NCBI GenBank assembly: GCA_015489395.1
Contig: WFZV01000126.1
Location: forward strand, 1 to 41,893
Reading direction: 5' to 3'
DNA from: Bacteroidales bacterium
GTDB lineage: Bacteria; Bacteroidota; Bacteroidia; Bacteroidales; S143-33
Length of the DNA stretch: 41,893 bases
The stretch's first letter is position 1, and each line of letters starts with the position of its first letter. Shown here in pieces: positions 17,097-26,745 of this stretch. A program made the position numbers and the translations under genes. The notes beneath the pieces are model-generated. The model was not told where the DNA came from and made no database searches. It saw nothing but the letters and a program-made list of their open reading frames with translations.

Positions 17097-18119
17097 ATGC
17101 AAAAGGATTTTCACTATGGGATCATAAAAATTTTATCGTTAAAAGCAGGTTTCACGCAGGAGCAAAGCGAGTTAATAGCTTATGCTTCGCAGTACGTTGA
17201 TGATGCCACGGTAAGCAAGCCAATAAGGATTGATCGAGAGGTTGAGGTCGCAACGCCCAGGAATTTAGGTCTAAAGTTTGATCCGGTATGTACAGCGCAT
17301 AAGGGTTTGCAGTTTTTAGAAGATTTTAAGCGTACGGTTCAGGAGCAAATTTATTTATCGTTTCATTTTCTTCCATCGCAGGCATATAGCGGGCAAGATG
17401 ATTATGATTATGTTGTGCGGCCCAATAGTAAATTAGCTCAAGTGTTGATTTATTGGGCTTTAGGCAAATTAAAAACAGAATTTAACACAGAAAATTTAAT
17501 CCGTCTTGGCATAGCCTTGCATACTTATGCAGATACGTGGGCGCATCAGAATTTTACAGGCACGCATTGCCATACACACAATGACATTGAGCATATTGAG
17601 ATTTGGACAGGTGAACATTGGAAGCCTATAAAGCCTTACAGGCAGTTTATCAACAATATTTTCCCGGATATTGGACATGCTGAGGCTTATGATTTTGCGG
17701 ATTTACCGTATTTGCGTTGGCGGTATTTAAAAGCCAAGACAAATGAGATGGTTTTGCGCGATAATCCGGTAATTTTTTTAGATGCAGTCAAAAATATTTT
17801 TGATTTGCTTTGCAATTTCACAAATCACGATTGCAATTGGGACGAGCTTTATCCATGGATAAATAAATGGATAAATTATCCAGAAAAAAGTTCATTTGAG
17901 CGCCTTAAGTTTCTCAATACCTTGTTTCCAGAGGTAGATTTAAGCTACAACGAACATAAATGGATACGTCAAGCACTGGAGTTGAGCAGAATTAGAAAAG
18001 TTATTCGTAAAAAAGCCAGGGTTAAGGGCGATATGAAGTGGTTTTTGTTTCATAAAGTAGCTTATGAGCAAAGGCTGTTTATTTTATCGAAAATTAAACG
18101 GCTCACAAAGGTGAGATGA
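17097..18119 (+). CDS. Hypothetical protein with His/Asp-rich putative metal-binding motifs
   Basis: FHYGIIKILSLKAG..YASQYVDDAT and LHTYADTWAHQNFTGTHCHTHNDIEH. The H-x3-D-x3-H spacing is reminiscent of zinc phospholipase C / P1-nuclease-fold proteins, but the assignment is weak. Confidence 0.5.
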   Translation: MQKDFHYGIIKILSLKAGFTQEQSELIAYASQYVDDATVSKPIRIDREVEVATPRNLGLKFDPVCTAHKGLQFLEDFKRTVQEQIYLSFHFLPSQAYSGQDDYDYVVRPNSKLAQVLIYWALGKLKTEFNTENLIRLGIALHTYADTWAHQNFTGTHCHTHNDIEHIEIWTGEHWKPIKPYRQFINNIFPDIGHAEAYDFADLPYLRWRYLKAKTNEMVLRDNPVIFLDAVKNIFDLLCNFTNHDCNWDELYPWINKWINYPEKSSFERLKFLNTLFPEVDLSYNEHKWIRQALELSRIRKVIRKKARVKGDMKWFLFHKVAYEQRLFILSKIKRLTKVR

Positions 18120-18197
18120 TTTTTGTAAAAGGTTGAATTATTTTGGATTTTAAATTAATTTTTCTATGCTTAAAGCTTAGTTTTTAACTCAAAAAAA

Positions 18198-20807
18198 ATG
18201 AAGAAGTTTTTACATCTAATAATTTTCACCATACTTATTTCGAGTCCGGTTTTTGCTACGCATAACCGTGCTGGATACATTGTTTATAAGCATGTTAGAG
18301 GTTACACATATCGATTTTATATCTGGACGTTTACTTACACTTTGTCGCCGGCAGACCGGGATTCTTTGCCAGTGTGGTGGGGCGATAGCACAATGAGTTA
18401 CGTTCATCGTGTCCAGTATTGGTATTTGCCTGATTATTACAAAAAAAATCTGTATATCGCAGAACATACTTTTCCTGGACCAGGAGTTTATGAAATTGTC
18501 ATGCAGGACCCTAACCGCAACGAAGGTATTATCAACATTGCCAATTCGGTCAATACTGTTTTTGCCATTAAAACAGTGTTGAACATAGACCCGTTTTTAG
18601 GGCATAACAATTCGATTCAGATGAGTAATTATCCGCTGGATAAAGCAGCTTTAGGCCAGACATTTATCCATAATCCAGGAGCTTACGATATTGATGGTGA
18701 TTCTCTGGTTTATCGATTGGATACTTGTCGGTATAATGGAGGTAAAAAAATTCCATGGTTCCGTCAGCCTGATTATTCGGATACGCTTTACGTTGACCCA
18801 TATACAGGAGATTTTGTCTGGAAAACACCCACACGCATAGGCAAATACAATGTTGCAATACGTGTTGAAGAGTGGCGGCATGGGGTAAAAATTGGTTTTG
18901 TTTTGCAGGATATGCAAATCGAAGTGCAGGAAACAGACAATCACCAGCCTAAAATTCAGGATATTCCGGACGTTTGTGTTGAAGCCGGTGATACTGTGCT
19001 TTTTCAAGTAGTGGCAACAGACCAGGACAGCGATTCGTTGCAGCTGTGGGCAACAGGACTACCGTTTCTGGTAAATAGTTCGCCTGCAACGTTTTTCAAT
19101 GATTCCATGGTTGACACTTTACGCGGCAAAGGACGGGTAGTTGGGCAGTTTTTGTGGGTAACCAACTGTTCGCACGTTCGCACCCAGCCTTATCTGGTGA
19201 CTTTTAAAGTGCAGGACGATAATCCTGAGGTAAGTTTGGTTGATTATCAGTCTGTAAATATCAAAGTAGTTGCACCAGCTACGAAATTAGAGGAGATTCA
19301 GCCGTCCAATGCCACAATTTTGCTTAAGTGGGATAAACATCGATGTCCCAATTGCGAAGGATATAAAATTTATCGCACAAGAAATTACGATACTTATGAC
19401 ACAATGCACTGTGTTACAGGTATTATGCCGTCGTGGAATTACCGGTTAATTGGTCAGACCAACTCGCGGGATGATACGATTTTTATTGACGACAACAACG
19501 GTAGCGGGTTAATTCAAGGATTTTCGTATTGTTACCGTGTTGTGCCTTTGGTAAATAACACCGAAGGTTATGCGTCAAATCCGCTTTGTGCGGAATTAAT
19601 CGAAGGCGTGCCGATTATTGTAAAAGCTTCTGTCTCGACAACTGATTCGGTCAATGGTGCGATTCATGTTAAATGGATAAAGCCGTTGAATCTGGACACT
19701 ACCCGGGTTCCGCCGCCGTATCGCTATTATGTTTATTATTCGCGGGATTTATACGGCAGTTTGTACCAGGGGCCAGTGATTCTTGATGGACTGGACAGTA
19801 CAAGTTTTATCGACACAAATGTAAATACAGTAGCCACACCCACGATTTATAAAATAAATCTTGCAAATTATGATACAGTAACGCAGCAATGGCAACCAGT
19901 TGGTAATGCGTCGATTGCTTCTTCGCCGTTTTTGAAGTTGGTGGGAAGTGACCGTAAAGTCGAGGTTCGTATTGAGCAAAATGTTCCGTGGCTTGTCGAT
20001 CATGAGGTGATTTATCGGTTAAATGAGCAAACCAGTCAATTTGATTCTATTGGTCAGACTACGAATGGTTTTTATGTTGACCGTCGTGTGGTAAATGGTC
20101 ATACGTACATATACAAAGCCAAAGTAGTAGGCTTTTATTCGTCTGATTCCCTGCCGCGGCCAATTATAAATTGGACGCAAGAGGCTTCGGTAACAGCTAT
20201 TGACACTGTTCCGCCGTGTTGTCCGGTTGTTACCTTGAAAAGTGTTTGTGATTCGAATTATAATTTGATTACCTGGCACATGCCCAAAGATTCTTGTTTG
20301 GTAGATGTGGCAAATTACCAGATTTATTACACAGACAATTTAGATTCAGCATTTAAGCTAATAGCCACATTAGGTCGGAATGATACGATGTACATACACC
20401 GTCCGACACAAACTTTAGCAGCTTGTTATATCGTAAAAGCAGTAGATTCGGCAGGTAACGTTTCTAATTGTACCAAAAGCTGCATTGATGTTTGCCAGTA
20501 TTACAAATTACCGAATGTTTTTACGCCTAATGGCGATGGCATAAACGATGTTTTTCATCCTTTGCCTTACAAATACGTTGACCATGTCAACATGAAAATT
20601 TACAATCGATGGGGCGATTTGGTTTATAAGACCACAGACCCGGATATTAATTGGGACGGAACAGATATTCGAACTGGCAAGCCTGTGCCTGACGGCATTT
20701 ACTATTACATTTGTGATGTTTACGAAAAGCGTTTAACAGGCATTGAGCCGCGTAATATTTCTGGATTTATCCATGTTTTCAGGCAAAAACGGTCCAATCA
20801 ACCTTAA
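18198..20807 (+). CDS. T9SS type-B C-terminal sorting domain (gliding-motility-associated CTD) surface protein with cadherin-like/Ig/FN3-like domains
   Basis: C-terminus YYKLPNVFTPNGDGINDVFHP...IYNRWGDLVY...INWDG.D...GKPVPDGIYYY matches the type-B CTD. Also IHNPGAYDIDGDSLVYRL and VVATDQDSDSL cadherin-like motifs. Signal MKKFLHLIIFTILISSPVFA. Confidence 0.85.
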   Translation: MKKFLHLIIFTILISSPVFATHNRAGYIVYKHVRGYTYRFYIWTFTYTLSPADRDSLPVWWGDSTMSYVHRVQYWYLPDYYKKNLYIAEHTFPGPGVYEIVMQDPNRNEGIINIANSVNTVFAIKTVLNIDPFLGHNNSIQMSNYPLDKAALGQTFIHNPGAYDIDGDSLVYRLDTCRYNGGKKIPWFRQPDYSDTLYVDPYTGDFVWKTPTRIGKYNVAIRVEEWRHGVKIGFVLQDMQIEVQETDNHQPKIQDIPDVCVEAGDTVLFQVVATDQDSDSLQLWATGLPFLVNSSPATFFNDSMVDTLRGKGRVVGQFLWVTNCSHVRTQPYLVTFKVQDDNPEVSLVDYQSVNIKVVAPATKLEEIQPSNATILLKWDKHRCPNCEGYKIYRTRNYDTYDTMHCVTGIMPSWNYRLIGQTNSRDDTIFIDDNNGSGLIQGFSYCYRVVPLVNNTEGYASNPLCAELIEGVPIIVKASVSTTDSVNGAIHVKWIKPLNLDTTRVPPPYRYYVYYSRDLYGSLYQGPVILDGLDSTSFIDTNVNTVATPTIYKINLANYDTVTQQWQPVGNASIASSPFLKLVGSDRKVEVRIEQNVPWLVDHEVIYRLNEQTSQFDSIGQTTNGFYVDRRVVNGHTYIYKAKVVGFYSSDSLPRPIINWTQEASVTAIDTVPPCCPVVTLKSVCDSNYNLITWHMPKDSCLVDVANYQIYYTDNLDSAFKLIATLGRNDTMYIHRPTQTLAACYIVKAVDSAGNVSNCTKSCIDVCQYYKLPNVFTPNGDGINDVFHPLPYKYVDHVNMKIYNRWGDLVYKTTDPDINWDGTDIRTGKPVPDGIYYYICDVYEKRLTGIEPRNISGFIHVFRQKRSNQP

Positions 20808-20818
20808 AAAATCGTACA

Positions 20819-22012
20819 ATGAAAAAGTTTTTGACCATATACTTGCTTGTTTTAAACATACTAACTCTCTCAGCCCAGGAGAATTATGTCGCTTTAGCCG
20901 TAAAAGCCTTTGATTTACAGAAAAATCAACCGCTACAAGCAGCGCAGCTATTTCAAAAAGCTTATTTTCTGTCCAAAGACCAGTTTTTAGCACAAAAAGC
21001 TATTGAAAACTATCTAAAAATCAATAAATTAGATGAAGCTCTGCAATTAGCACAAAATCTTACTGAGCCTGGCCGTGACCTGTGGATGGCGCGAATTAAG
21101 GCAAAACAGGGCAAAATCGACAAAGCTCTCAATCTTTTGGCACAATACTTAAAAACTAATCCCAATTACTCTGAGTACCAGGTGAAAAACGATAGCTTTT
21201 TTAATGCTTTGCAAAACAATGAGTTGTGGCTAACTTTCTGGCAAAACCACCAGGACTCGCTTTCGGAGAGATTAGATCAGCTGCGGCTTGAAGTGCAATT
21301 AGACCAGAACATTGACGTTTTGTCGGATTTAATCAAATTAGAAAAACAATATCCCAAATCCGGGCGTCTTCATCAGATTTTAGGCGATAATTTTTATAAG
21401 CTACATGATTACAAAAATGCGCTCAAAGAATATTTTGCTGCTTTAAACCAGAGTCAGAACAAATTTGACCTTTATGTCAAAATCGCCAGGACTTATCATT
21501 TGTTGAACAATGCGCAGCAAGCCCTTGCCTTTTATCGAAAAGCTTATAACATGAGGCCTTATGACCTGGACTTACTCATAAAAATCGCTAAAGAGCAAGA
21601 ACGTTTGCAAAATTTTTCTGCTGCACGACAAACTTTGAAACTTTATCAAAAATATAGGCAAAATCCTGATATCCAGTACTATATCGCTGAGTCTTATTAC
21701 CTGGAAAAAGATTATCTTAATGCCATTTTGACTTTGAACCAGGTTTTGGACCACGACCAGACACATTACAAATACTTTACCCTGCGAGGCAAATCTTATC
21801 TGAAAACCGGAAATTACAAGCAAGCATACAAAGACCTGAGCATGTCACTGGACCTGAATCCCAACCAGCCGGAGCTTTACAATTTAATTGGAGAAGCTGC
21901 TTATTTCTCAGGACACAAGCAAGAGGGCTGTTTGTATTGGCAGCAGAGTGTCGAGACATTTCACGACCCGGTTTCTCGAAAACAACTAATTACGTTTTGT
22001 GGCAAGAAATGA
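20819..22012 (+). CDS. Secreted TPR-repeat protein
   Basis: Signal MKKFLTIYLLVLNILTLSAQ. Repeated A..Y..A....P....a TPR-like units (e.g. YKNALKEYFAALNQSQN, AQQALAFYRKAYNMRPYD, YKQAYKDLSMSLDLNPNQ). Confidence 0.8.
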   Translation: MKKFLTIYLLVLNILTLSAQENYVALAVKAFDLQKNQPLQAAQLFQKAYFLSKDQFLAQKAIENYLKINKLDEALQLAQNLTEPGRDLWMARIKAKQGKIDKALNLLAQYLKTNPNYSEYQVKNDSFFNALQNNELWLTFWQNHQDSLSERLDQLRLEVQLDQNIDVLSDLIKLEKQYPKSGRLHQILGDNFYKLHDYKNALKEYFAALNQSQNKFDLYVKIARTYHLLNNAQQALAFYRKAYNMRPYDLDLLIKIAKEQERLQNFSAARQTLKLYQKYRQNPDIQYYIAESYYLEKDYLNAILTLNQVLDHDQTHYKYFTLRGKSYLKTGNYKQAYKDLSMSLDLNPNQPELYNLIGEAAYFSGHKQEGCLYWQQSVETFHDPVSRKQLITFCGKK

Positions 22013-22013
22013 C

Positions 22014-22021
22014 TAAATTTG
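22014..22021 (+). promoter_or_regulatory. -7 box TAAATTTG upstream of the beta-barrel gene
   Basis: TAnnTTTG match directly after the TPR gene stop, 42 nt upstream of ATG 22063. Confidence 0.35.
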
Positions 22022-22062
22022 TGTTACGGTTTGATGGTAAATTAGCGAAAAATCGGCTTTAA

Positions 22063-23967
22063 ATGAGAAAGATTTTACCTGTCATAGTACTGATTTTGAG
22101 TCTTAAGCTAAGTTTTGGGCAGTTTCCTGGCAATAGCTATCCTACCAATGTTGGTCGTACAAATACAGCAGAAGGGAGCATAAACACCGTTGCACCGGAA
22201 AATTGGATACCAGATACAGTGCCATTACGAATAGTCAGGTTTTACCGGGACGAATTAGGTTTTTACGTACCGCAAAAAGTCGATACAAACACTTATCATT
22301 TTGAGCTTTTACGGCCAGCGGAGCATTACAATGATGTTTGGCTTGGAAATTTGTCTTATGCCTGGTATCCAAATGATTTCGAAAAACGTATGACTTACCA
22401 GTACAGGGATTTTTATTTTCTCAATGGCTTTATGGACAAAATTTATAGTCCATCGAACATTTTTTTCTTTCGTACAAACCGGCCATATACTGACCTTTAT
22501 TATACTTCGTCGCCCAAGATTAGCGAACAGCAAATCATCAACACCATTCATACGCAAAATGTGAATTTTTACACGAATTTCGGGTTAATTTTTAATACTT
22601 ACACGTCGCTGGAACCAGTAACGAGCGATAATTCAGCTGTTTCGACACTTGTTTTTTGGATAGCGACGGACAAGCCGCGGTATAAGTACAATTTTACAGC
22701 ATTTTTGAATTCGATAAAGTTGTTAGAAAACGGCGGGATGATAGACAATACATCGTATTTTAATCCTGAGTCGCCGCAATATTACCTGACCAATGGTGTT
22801 CGCACGAAAATAGGTTTTCGCGGGTTGAGTTTTACGCCAGAGTATTTGCTCAAGAGTTTTGGTAATCAAAAGAAGTTGTCTGTACAGGCAAATTTGCTTT
22901 TTGCCCGTCATACGCATAGTTATTTTGATCCATCGCCGCGGAGGCATTTGTCGTATTATGAGCATTATTTTATTGATTCAACGCAGGTATTTGATTCTGT
23001 GGGTTATGATTTGAGTAAAATTGAGGCAAATGTTAAGTATTCTGCGTCTAAATTGCGTTATGTTTTAGGAGCTGGCGATGATTTGCAGAGTTTTTATTAT
23101 TTTATCGATTATATTTTTCGTCCACGCGGTATTTTAAGTTCGAATTTTTATGTGCATAGCGGTGTAGAAGGCAGATTAGGCAAGTCTGTAAGTTACAGTG
23201 TATCAGGTAGATTTTATTTTTATGGTCGCAGGGCATGGGATTATCGTGCCAATGCAAGGTTGAGTTATGCAAAGGCAAAGAGCAGGGCAGGGGTTGCGGT
23301 TTGTGTGGAGAACCGAACGCCTAATTTTTTTCAGATGATTTATTCTGGAAATGTAGCTCAGTGGTATAATTTGCTGTTTAGCAAAGAGTTTTTATGGTCA
23401 AATAAGGTTTACTTCAGTGTACCGTCGATAAAATTTTACGTTGATTTACAGTATTGGTTGGTGAAAAATTATATTCATTTCGTTGATAGGGAGCCGTACC
23501 AGGAGACGGGTTTAGATCATGTTTTTGTCGCTCATTTACGCAAGGACACGCATCTGGGGTTTATACATTTTGATAATAGTTTGACTTTGCAGTATTCGCC
23601 ACAGAATCAGATATTTAACTTGCCTTTGGCAATGGTTTACTCTTCGTTATGGTTTAAATTTTTTATGTTCAAACATGCTTTAGGTGTAAATACTGGGGTT
23701 GATGTTTATTACAACAGTGGATTTAAGCAATATCAATACGATCCCAGTGTAATGGCGTTTTATTTTAGTGCTGACGCGCCGATAGTAGGGCAGTTTCCAA
23801 TAGCAAATTTATTTATCAATTTTAAAGTCAAACGGGCAGATATTTTTATTAAATTTGACTATGTGGATTATTTGTTAAATAAAAATCTTTTTTACGCTCC
23901 AGCAAAGCATTATCATTATCCGCAATTATTTTTCCGTTATGGAGCGCGTTGGTGGTTTAAAAACTAA
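22063..23967 (+). CDS. Putative outer-membrane beta-barrel protein (Bacteroidota 'putative porin'-like)
   Basis: Signal MRKILPVIVLILSLKLSFGQ. Aromatic-rich alternating segments throughout (..YVHSGVEGRLGKSVSYSVSGRFYFYG..) and an aromatic C-terminus ..FFRYGARWWFKN. Family assignment is from memory only. Confidence 0.55.
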   Translation: MRKILPVIVLILSLKLSFGQFPGNSYPTNVGRTNTAEGSINTVAPENWIPDTVPLRIVRFYRDELGFYVPQKVDTNTYHFELLRPAEHYNDVWLGNLSYAWYPNDFEKRMTYQYRDFYFLNGFMDKIYSPSNIFFFRTNRPYTDLYYTSSPKISEQQIINTIHTQNVNFYTNFGLIFNTYTSLEPVTSDNSAVSTLVFWIATDKPRYKYNFTAFLNSIKLLENGGMIDNTSYFNPESPQYYLTNGVRTKIGFRGLSFTPEYLLKSFGNQKKLSVQANLLFARHTHSYFDPSPRRHLSYYEHYFIDSTQVFDSVGYDLSKIEANVKYSASKLRYVLGAGDDLQSFYYFIDYIFRPRGILSSNFYVHSGVEGRLGKSVSYSVSGRFYFYGRRAWDYRANARLSYAKAKSRAGVAVCVENRTPNFFQMIYSGNVAQWYNLLFSKEFLWSNKVYFSVPSIKFYVDLQYWLVKNYIHFVDREPYQETGLDHVFVAHLRKDTHLGFIHFDNSLTLQYSPQNQIFNLPLAMVYSSLWFKFFMFKHALGVNTGVDVYYNSGFKQYQYDPSVMAFYFSADAPIVGQFPIANLFINFKVKRADIFIKFDYVDYLLNKNLFYAPAKHYHYPQLFFRYGARWWFKN

Positions 23968-23979
23968 AATATTCGAAAC

Positions 23980-26742
23980 ATGAAAAGGTTATTGTTATAC
24001 ATTTTTCTGTTTGTCTTTACCATTGGGTTTGGGCAGCAAATGCCACCGTCAGTTAAATGGCAACAGATAAAAACCCAGCATTTTCGCATAATTTATCCCA
24101 GAGAAATAAATCCGGTTGCACAGGATTTAGCCAATAATTTAGAAGCATTGTATTTTGCTGATGCAGAGGGGATAAAAGGCTATCCACGGTGGCGTGTTCC
24201 GATTGTTTTAAACAATTTAAGCGTGATAAGCAATGGTTATACCATGGTGGCGCCACGCAAGATAAATATGTATTTAACGCCCTATCCGTCAACTTATTTA
24301 GGCACGGAGCGATGGTTGTCGACTCTGGCAATTCATGAATATCGTCACATGGCACAGTTTAAGGCTCTGGACAGGAATCTGGTACGGGTTTATCATTTTT
24401 TGTCAGGCGATTTGGGTTGGGCATTTGGCATGGGTATGACAGCTCCGATGTGGTGGTTTGAAGGTGACGCAGTTTTTCATGAAACAGTTTACAGTCAATC
24501 AGGTCGAGGTCGAAGTGGTGTTTTTGCAATGCCAGTAAAAGCAATAGCATTTCAATATCCGCACAAAAAGCTTAATTATTATCGCTTTTTCTATCGTTCG
24601 TACAAGACTTATTATCCGAATTGGTATTATCTTGGTTATTACATGGTTTCGTATTTTGATAAAAAATATTCGCCGCAAGCCTGGCACAAAGTTATACGCA
24701 CAGCTACTAAGTTTGCGTTTTTGCCGAATTCAATGAATATAGGACTGAGATTTAAATATAAAACGACTTATCGCAGGCTTTTTGATTCGACTTTTGTTGA
24801 TTTAAAAAAGTATTGGTCATCGCGCACAGATTCATCGCTTTTAACGCCAGTGCAATATGTAGCTCATCACAAGAAGCGTTGTTTTACCAATTACATTGAC
24901 CTTTTTACGGTTGGTAATAATGGTGTTTTGGCGTTAAAAAACGGTTTTGACCAGGCTCCTACAATAGTTCTAATAGACGGGACAGGCAAAGAGCAACATT
25001 TAAAGCAAATTCCAGCTTACCATATCAGTGCAGCCCGGAATTTAGTAACCTGGATCGACGAAAAACCAGATATGCGTTGGGAAGATGTTTATCATACACG
25101 AATAGCTCTTTTCGACATAAACAAGCGCAGTTTAACGTATTTACCGGTCAAGGGAAAAATACAATCGCCGCGGCTTTCGGATGATGCCAATCTTTTGGTT
25201 GCAGTGCAATATGACAAGCATTTGCAGCCCGGGCTTTTGATTTTTAACACAAAAGATAAAAAACTTATCCAAAAGATTGATTTACATGGTTTTGAGGCAG
25301 TACGCCACCCGTCTTTTTCGCATGATAATTCTAAAGTCGTGTTCACAGGAACAAATCCAGTTAGAGGTCTGGGACTGTTTGTTTTAGACTTGAAAACAAA
25401 ACAGCTTGACACAGTAATTGATTTCACCTGGCAAATAAATATGGATAATCCTGTATTTTGGCGGGATTACATCCTGTTTAGCGCAGATTTGGATGGTACG
25501 AATAATATTTTTGCAGTCAATACAAAGACTAAAAAATTATATCGCATTGTTTACCGCACCTTTGGTGCTTTGTATCCATATGTGGATTATGAACATAATC
25601 AATTGTATTTCAGCGATTACACGGTCAATGGCTTTGAACCAGCGAGGGTTAAATTAAATCCTGGAGATTGGACAGAAGTTAATTTGCAGCAAGCCAATAG
25701 GGAAAATTATTTTTATTCTGCCACGACCAAAAGTCTTTTGCATGATTATGCTAATCCGCAGACTTTACCGAAAAAAACTTATAATTCGACGAAATATAAC
25801 CATGTGGCTGGGTGGTTAAACTTACATTCATGGGTGCCAGTAGTTGTTTTCAATCCGTCGGATTTTAGCCTGGAGAATTCTGCAATTGGCATAAATTTAT
25901 TTGCTAACGACGTTTTGAACGAAGCCCGCTGGTCGATAAGTTCGCTTTTCACGCCATATAATGAGCTGGTAAACAGCTTCAATTTCAGGTTAATGCGCTA
26001 TTATCCTGTTTTTGATTTTTCTGCAACAAACAAGCTTGGATTTGCAGACTCTATCCGGTTAAATTCTGTTGGGCTGAATATGATTTTGCCGTTTAATTTT
26101 TCTCGTGATATCTGGACGCGAAAGTTAAATGCCAGTCTTGGAGCTTATTACACGAATCTAAAGCTGGTTGACCGAACAGAGAATTTTCCTGTTGTGTCGA
26201 GCCAGTTACGGTTTAAAAATACTCGTGATGCTGCTGTGCGGGATGTAAATCCGCGTTTGGCGCAGGGCTTTTTACTGTCATATTCCCGTGTTTTAAACAA
26301 TAACAACCAGCAATTTACAGCAATTGTTTCTGCGAATTTCCCGGGATTTTTACGTCATGATGTTTTTAATGTGAGCGCACAGTTCCAAAAAATCTTCGGA
26401 TCTTATCAGTTTAACCGTAATGTGACTATTTCTCGCGGATATAAACAGGTGGCGTACAGGCAGATTGCGAAAATCTCATTAACAGAGCATTTACCGCTGT
26501 TTTATCCGGACTTTGGTATTAAGCCATTGTTTTTCATAAAGCGCGTGAGAGCAAAAATCTTTTACGATTATGCAATAGCAGACCAGAAATTTTACCGGTC
26601 AGTGGGGTCGCAGCTGCTTTTTGACATGAATTTGTTTGGTTATCCTTTTGAATTTTCAACAGGTGTACAATTGGCGTATTTGATTGATAGTAAGACTTGG
26701 AATTTCAGCGGTGTATTTTTAGATTTGCCTTTAAATTTTTAA
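23980..26742 (+). CDS. Outer-membrane protein: N-terminal HEXXH metallopeptidase-like domain, TolB/PD40-like beta-propeller, C-terminal beta-barrel ending in Phe
   Basis: Signal MKRLLLYIFLFVFTIGFGQQ. AIHEYRHM (HEXXH at nt 24334-24348) with WWFEGDAVFHE about 40 aa downstream. PD40-like repeats (HPSFSHDNSKVVFTG...LFVLDLKTKQ; FSADLDGTNNIFAVNTKTKK). SRGY motif (nt 26431-26442) and terminal ..GVFLDLPLNF. Confidence 0.6.
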   Translation: MKRLLLYIFLFVFTIGFGQQMPPSVKWQQIKTQHFRIIYPREINPVAQDLANNLEALYFADAEGIKGYPRWRVPIVLNNLSVISNGYTMVAPRKINMYLTPYPSTYLGTERWLSTLAIHEYRHMAQFKALDRNLVRVYHFLSGDLGWAFGMGMTAPMWWFEGDAVFHETVYSQSGRGRSGVFAMPVKAIAFQYPHKKLNYYRFFYRSYKTYYPNWYYLGYYMVSYFDKKYSPQAWHKVIRTATKFAFLPNSMNIGLRFKYKTTYRRLFDSTFVDLKKYWSSRTDSSLLTPVQYVAHHKKRCFTNYIDLFTVGNNGVLALKNGFDQAPTIVLIDGTGKEQHLKQIPAYHISAARNLVTWIDEKPDMRWEDVYHTRIALFDINKRSLTYLPVKGKIQSPRLSDDANLLVAVQYDKHLQPGLLIFNTKDKKLIQKIDLHGFEAVRHPSFSHDNSKVVFTGTNPVRGLGLFVLDLKTKQLDTVIDFTWQINMDNPVFWRDYILFSADLDGTNNIFAVNTKTKKLYRIVYRTFGALYPYVDYEHNQLYFSDYTVNGFEPARVKLNPGDWTEVNLQQANRENYFYSATTKSLLHDYANPQTLPKKTYNSTKYNHVAGWLNLHSWVPVVVFNPSDFSLENSAIGINLFANDVLNEARWSISSLFTPYNELVNSFNFRLMRYYPVFDFSATNKLGFADSIRLNSVGLNMILPFNFSRDIWTRKLNASLGAYYTNLKLVDRTENFPVVSSQLRFKNTRDAAVRDVNPRLAQGFLLSYSRVLNNNNQQFTAIVSANFPGFLRHDVFNVSAQFQKIFGSYQFNRNVTISRGYKQVAYRQIAKISLTEHLPLFYPDFGIKPLFFIKRVRAKIFYDYAIADQKFYRSVGSQLLFDMNLFGYPFEFSTGVQLAYLIDSKTWNFSGVFLDLPLNF

Positions 26743-26745
26743 ATT

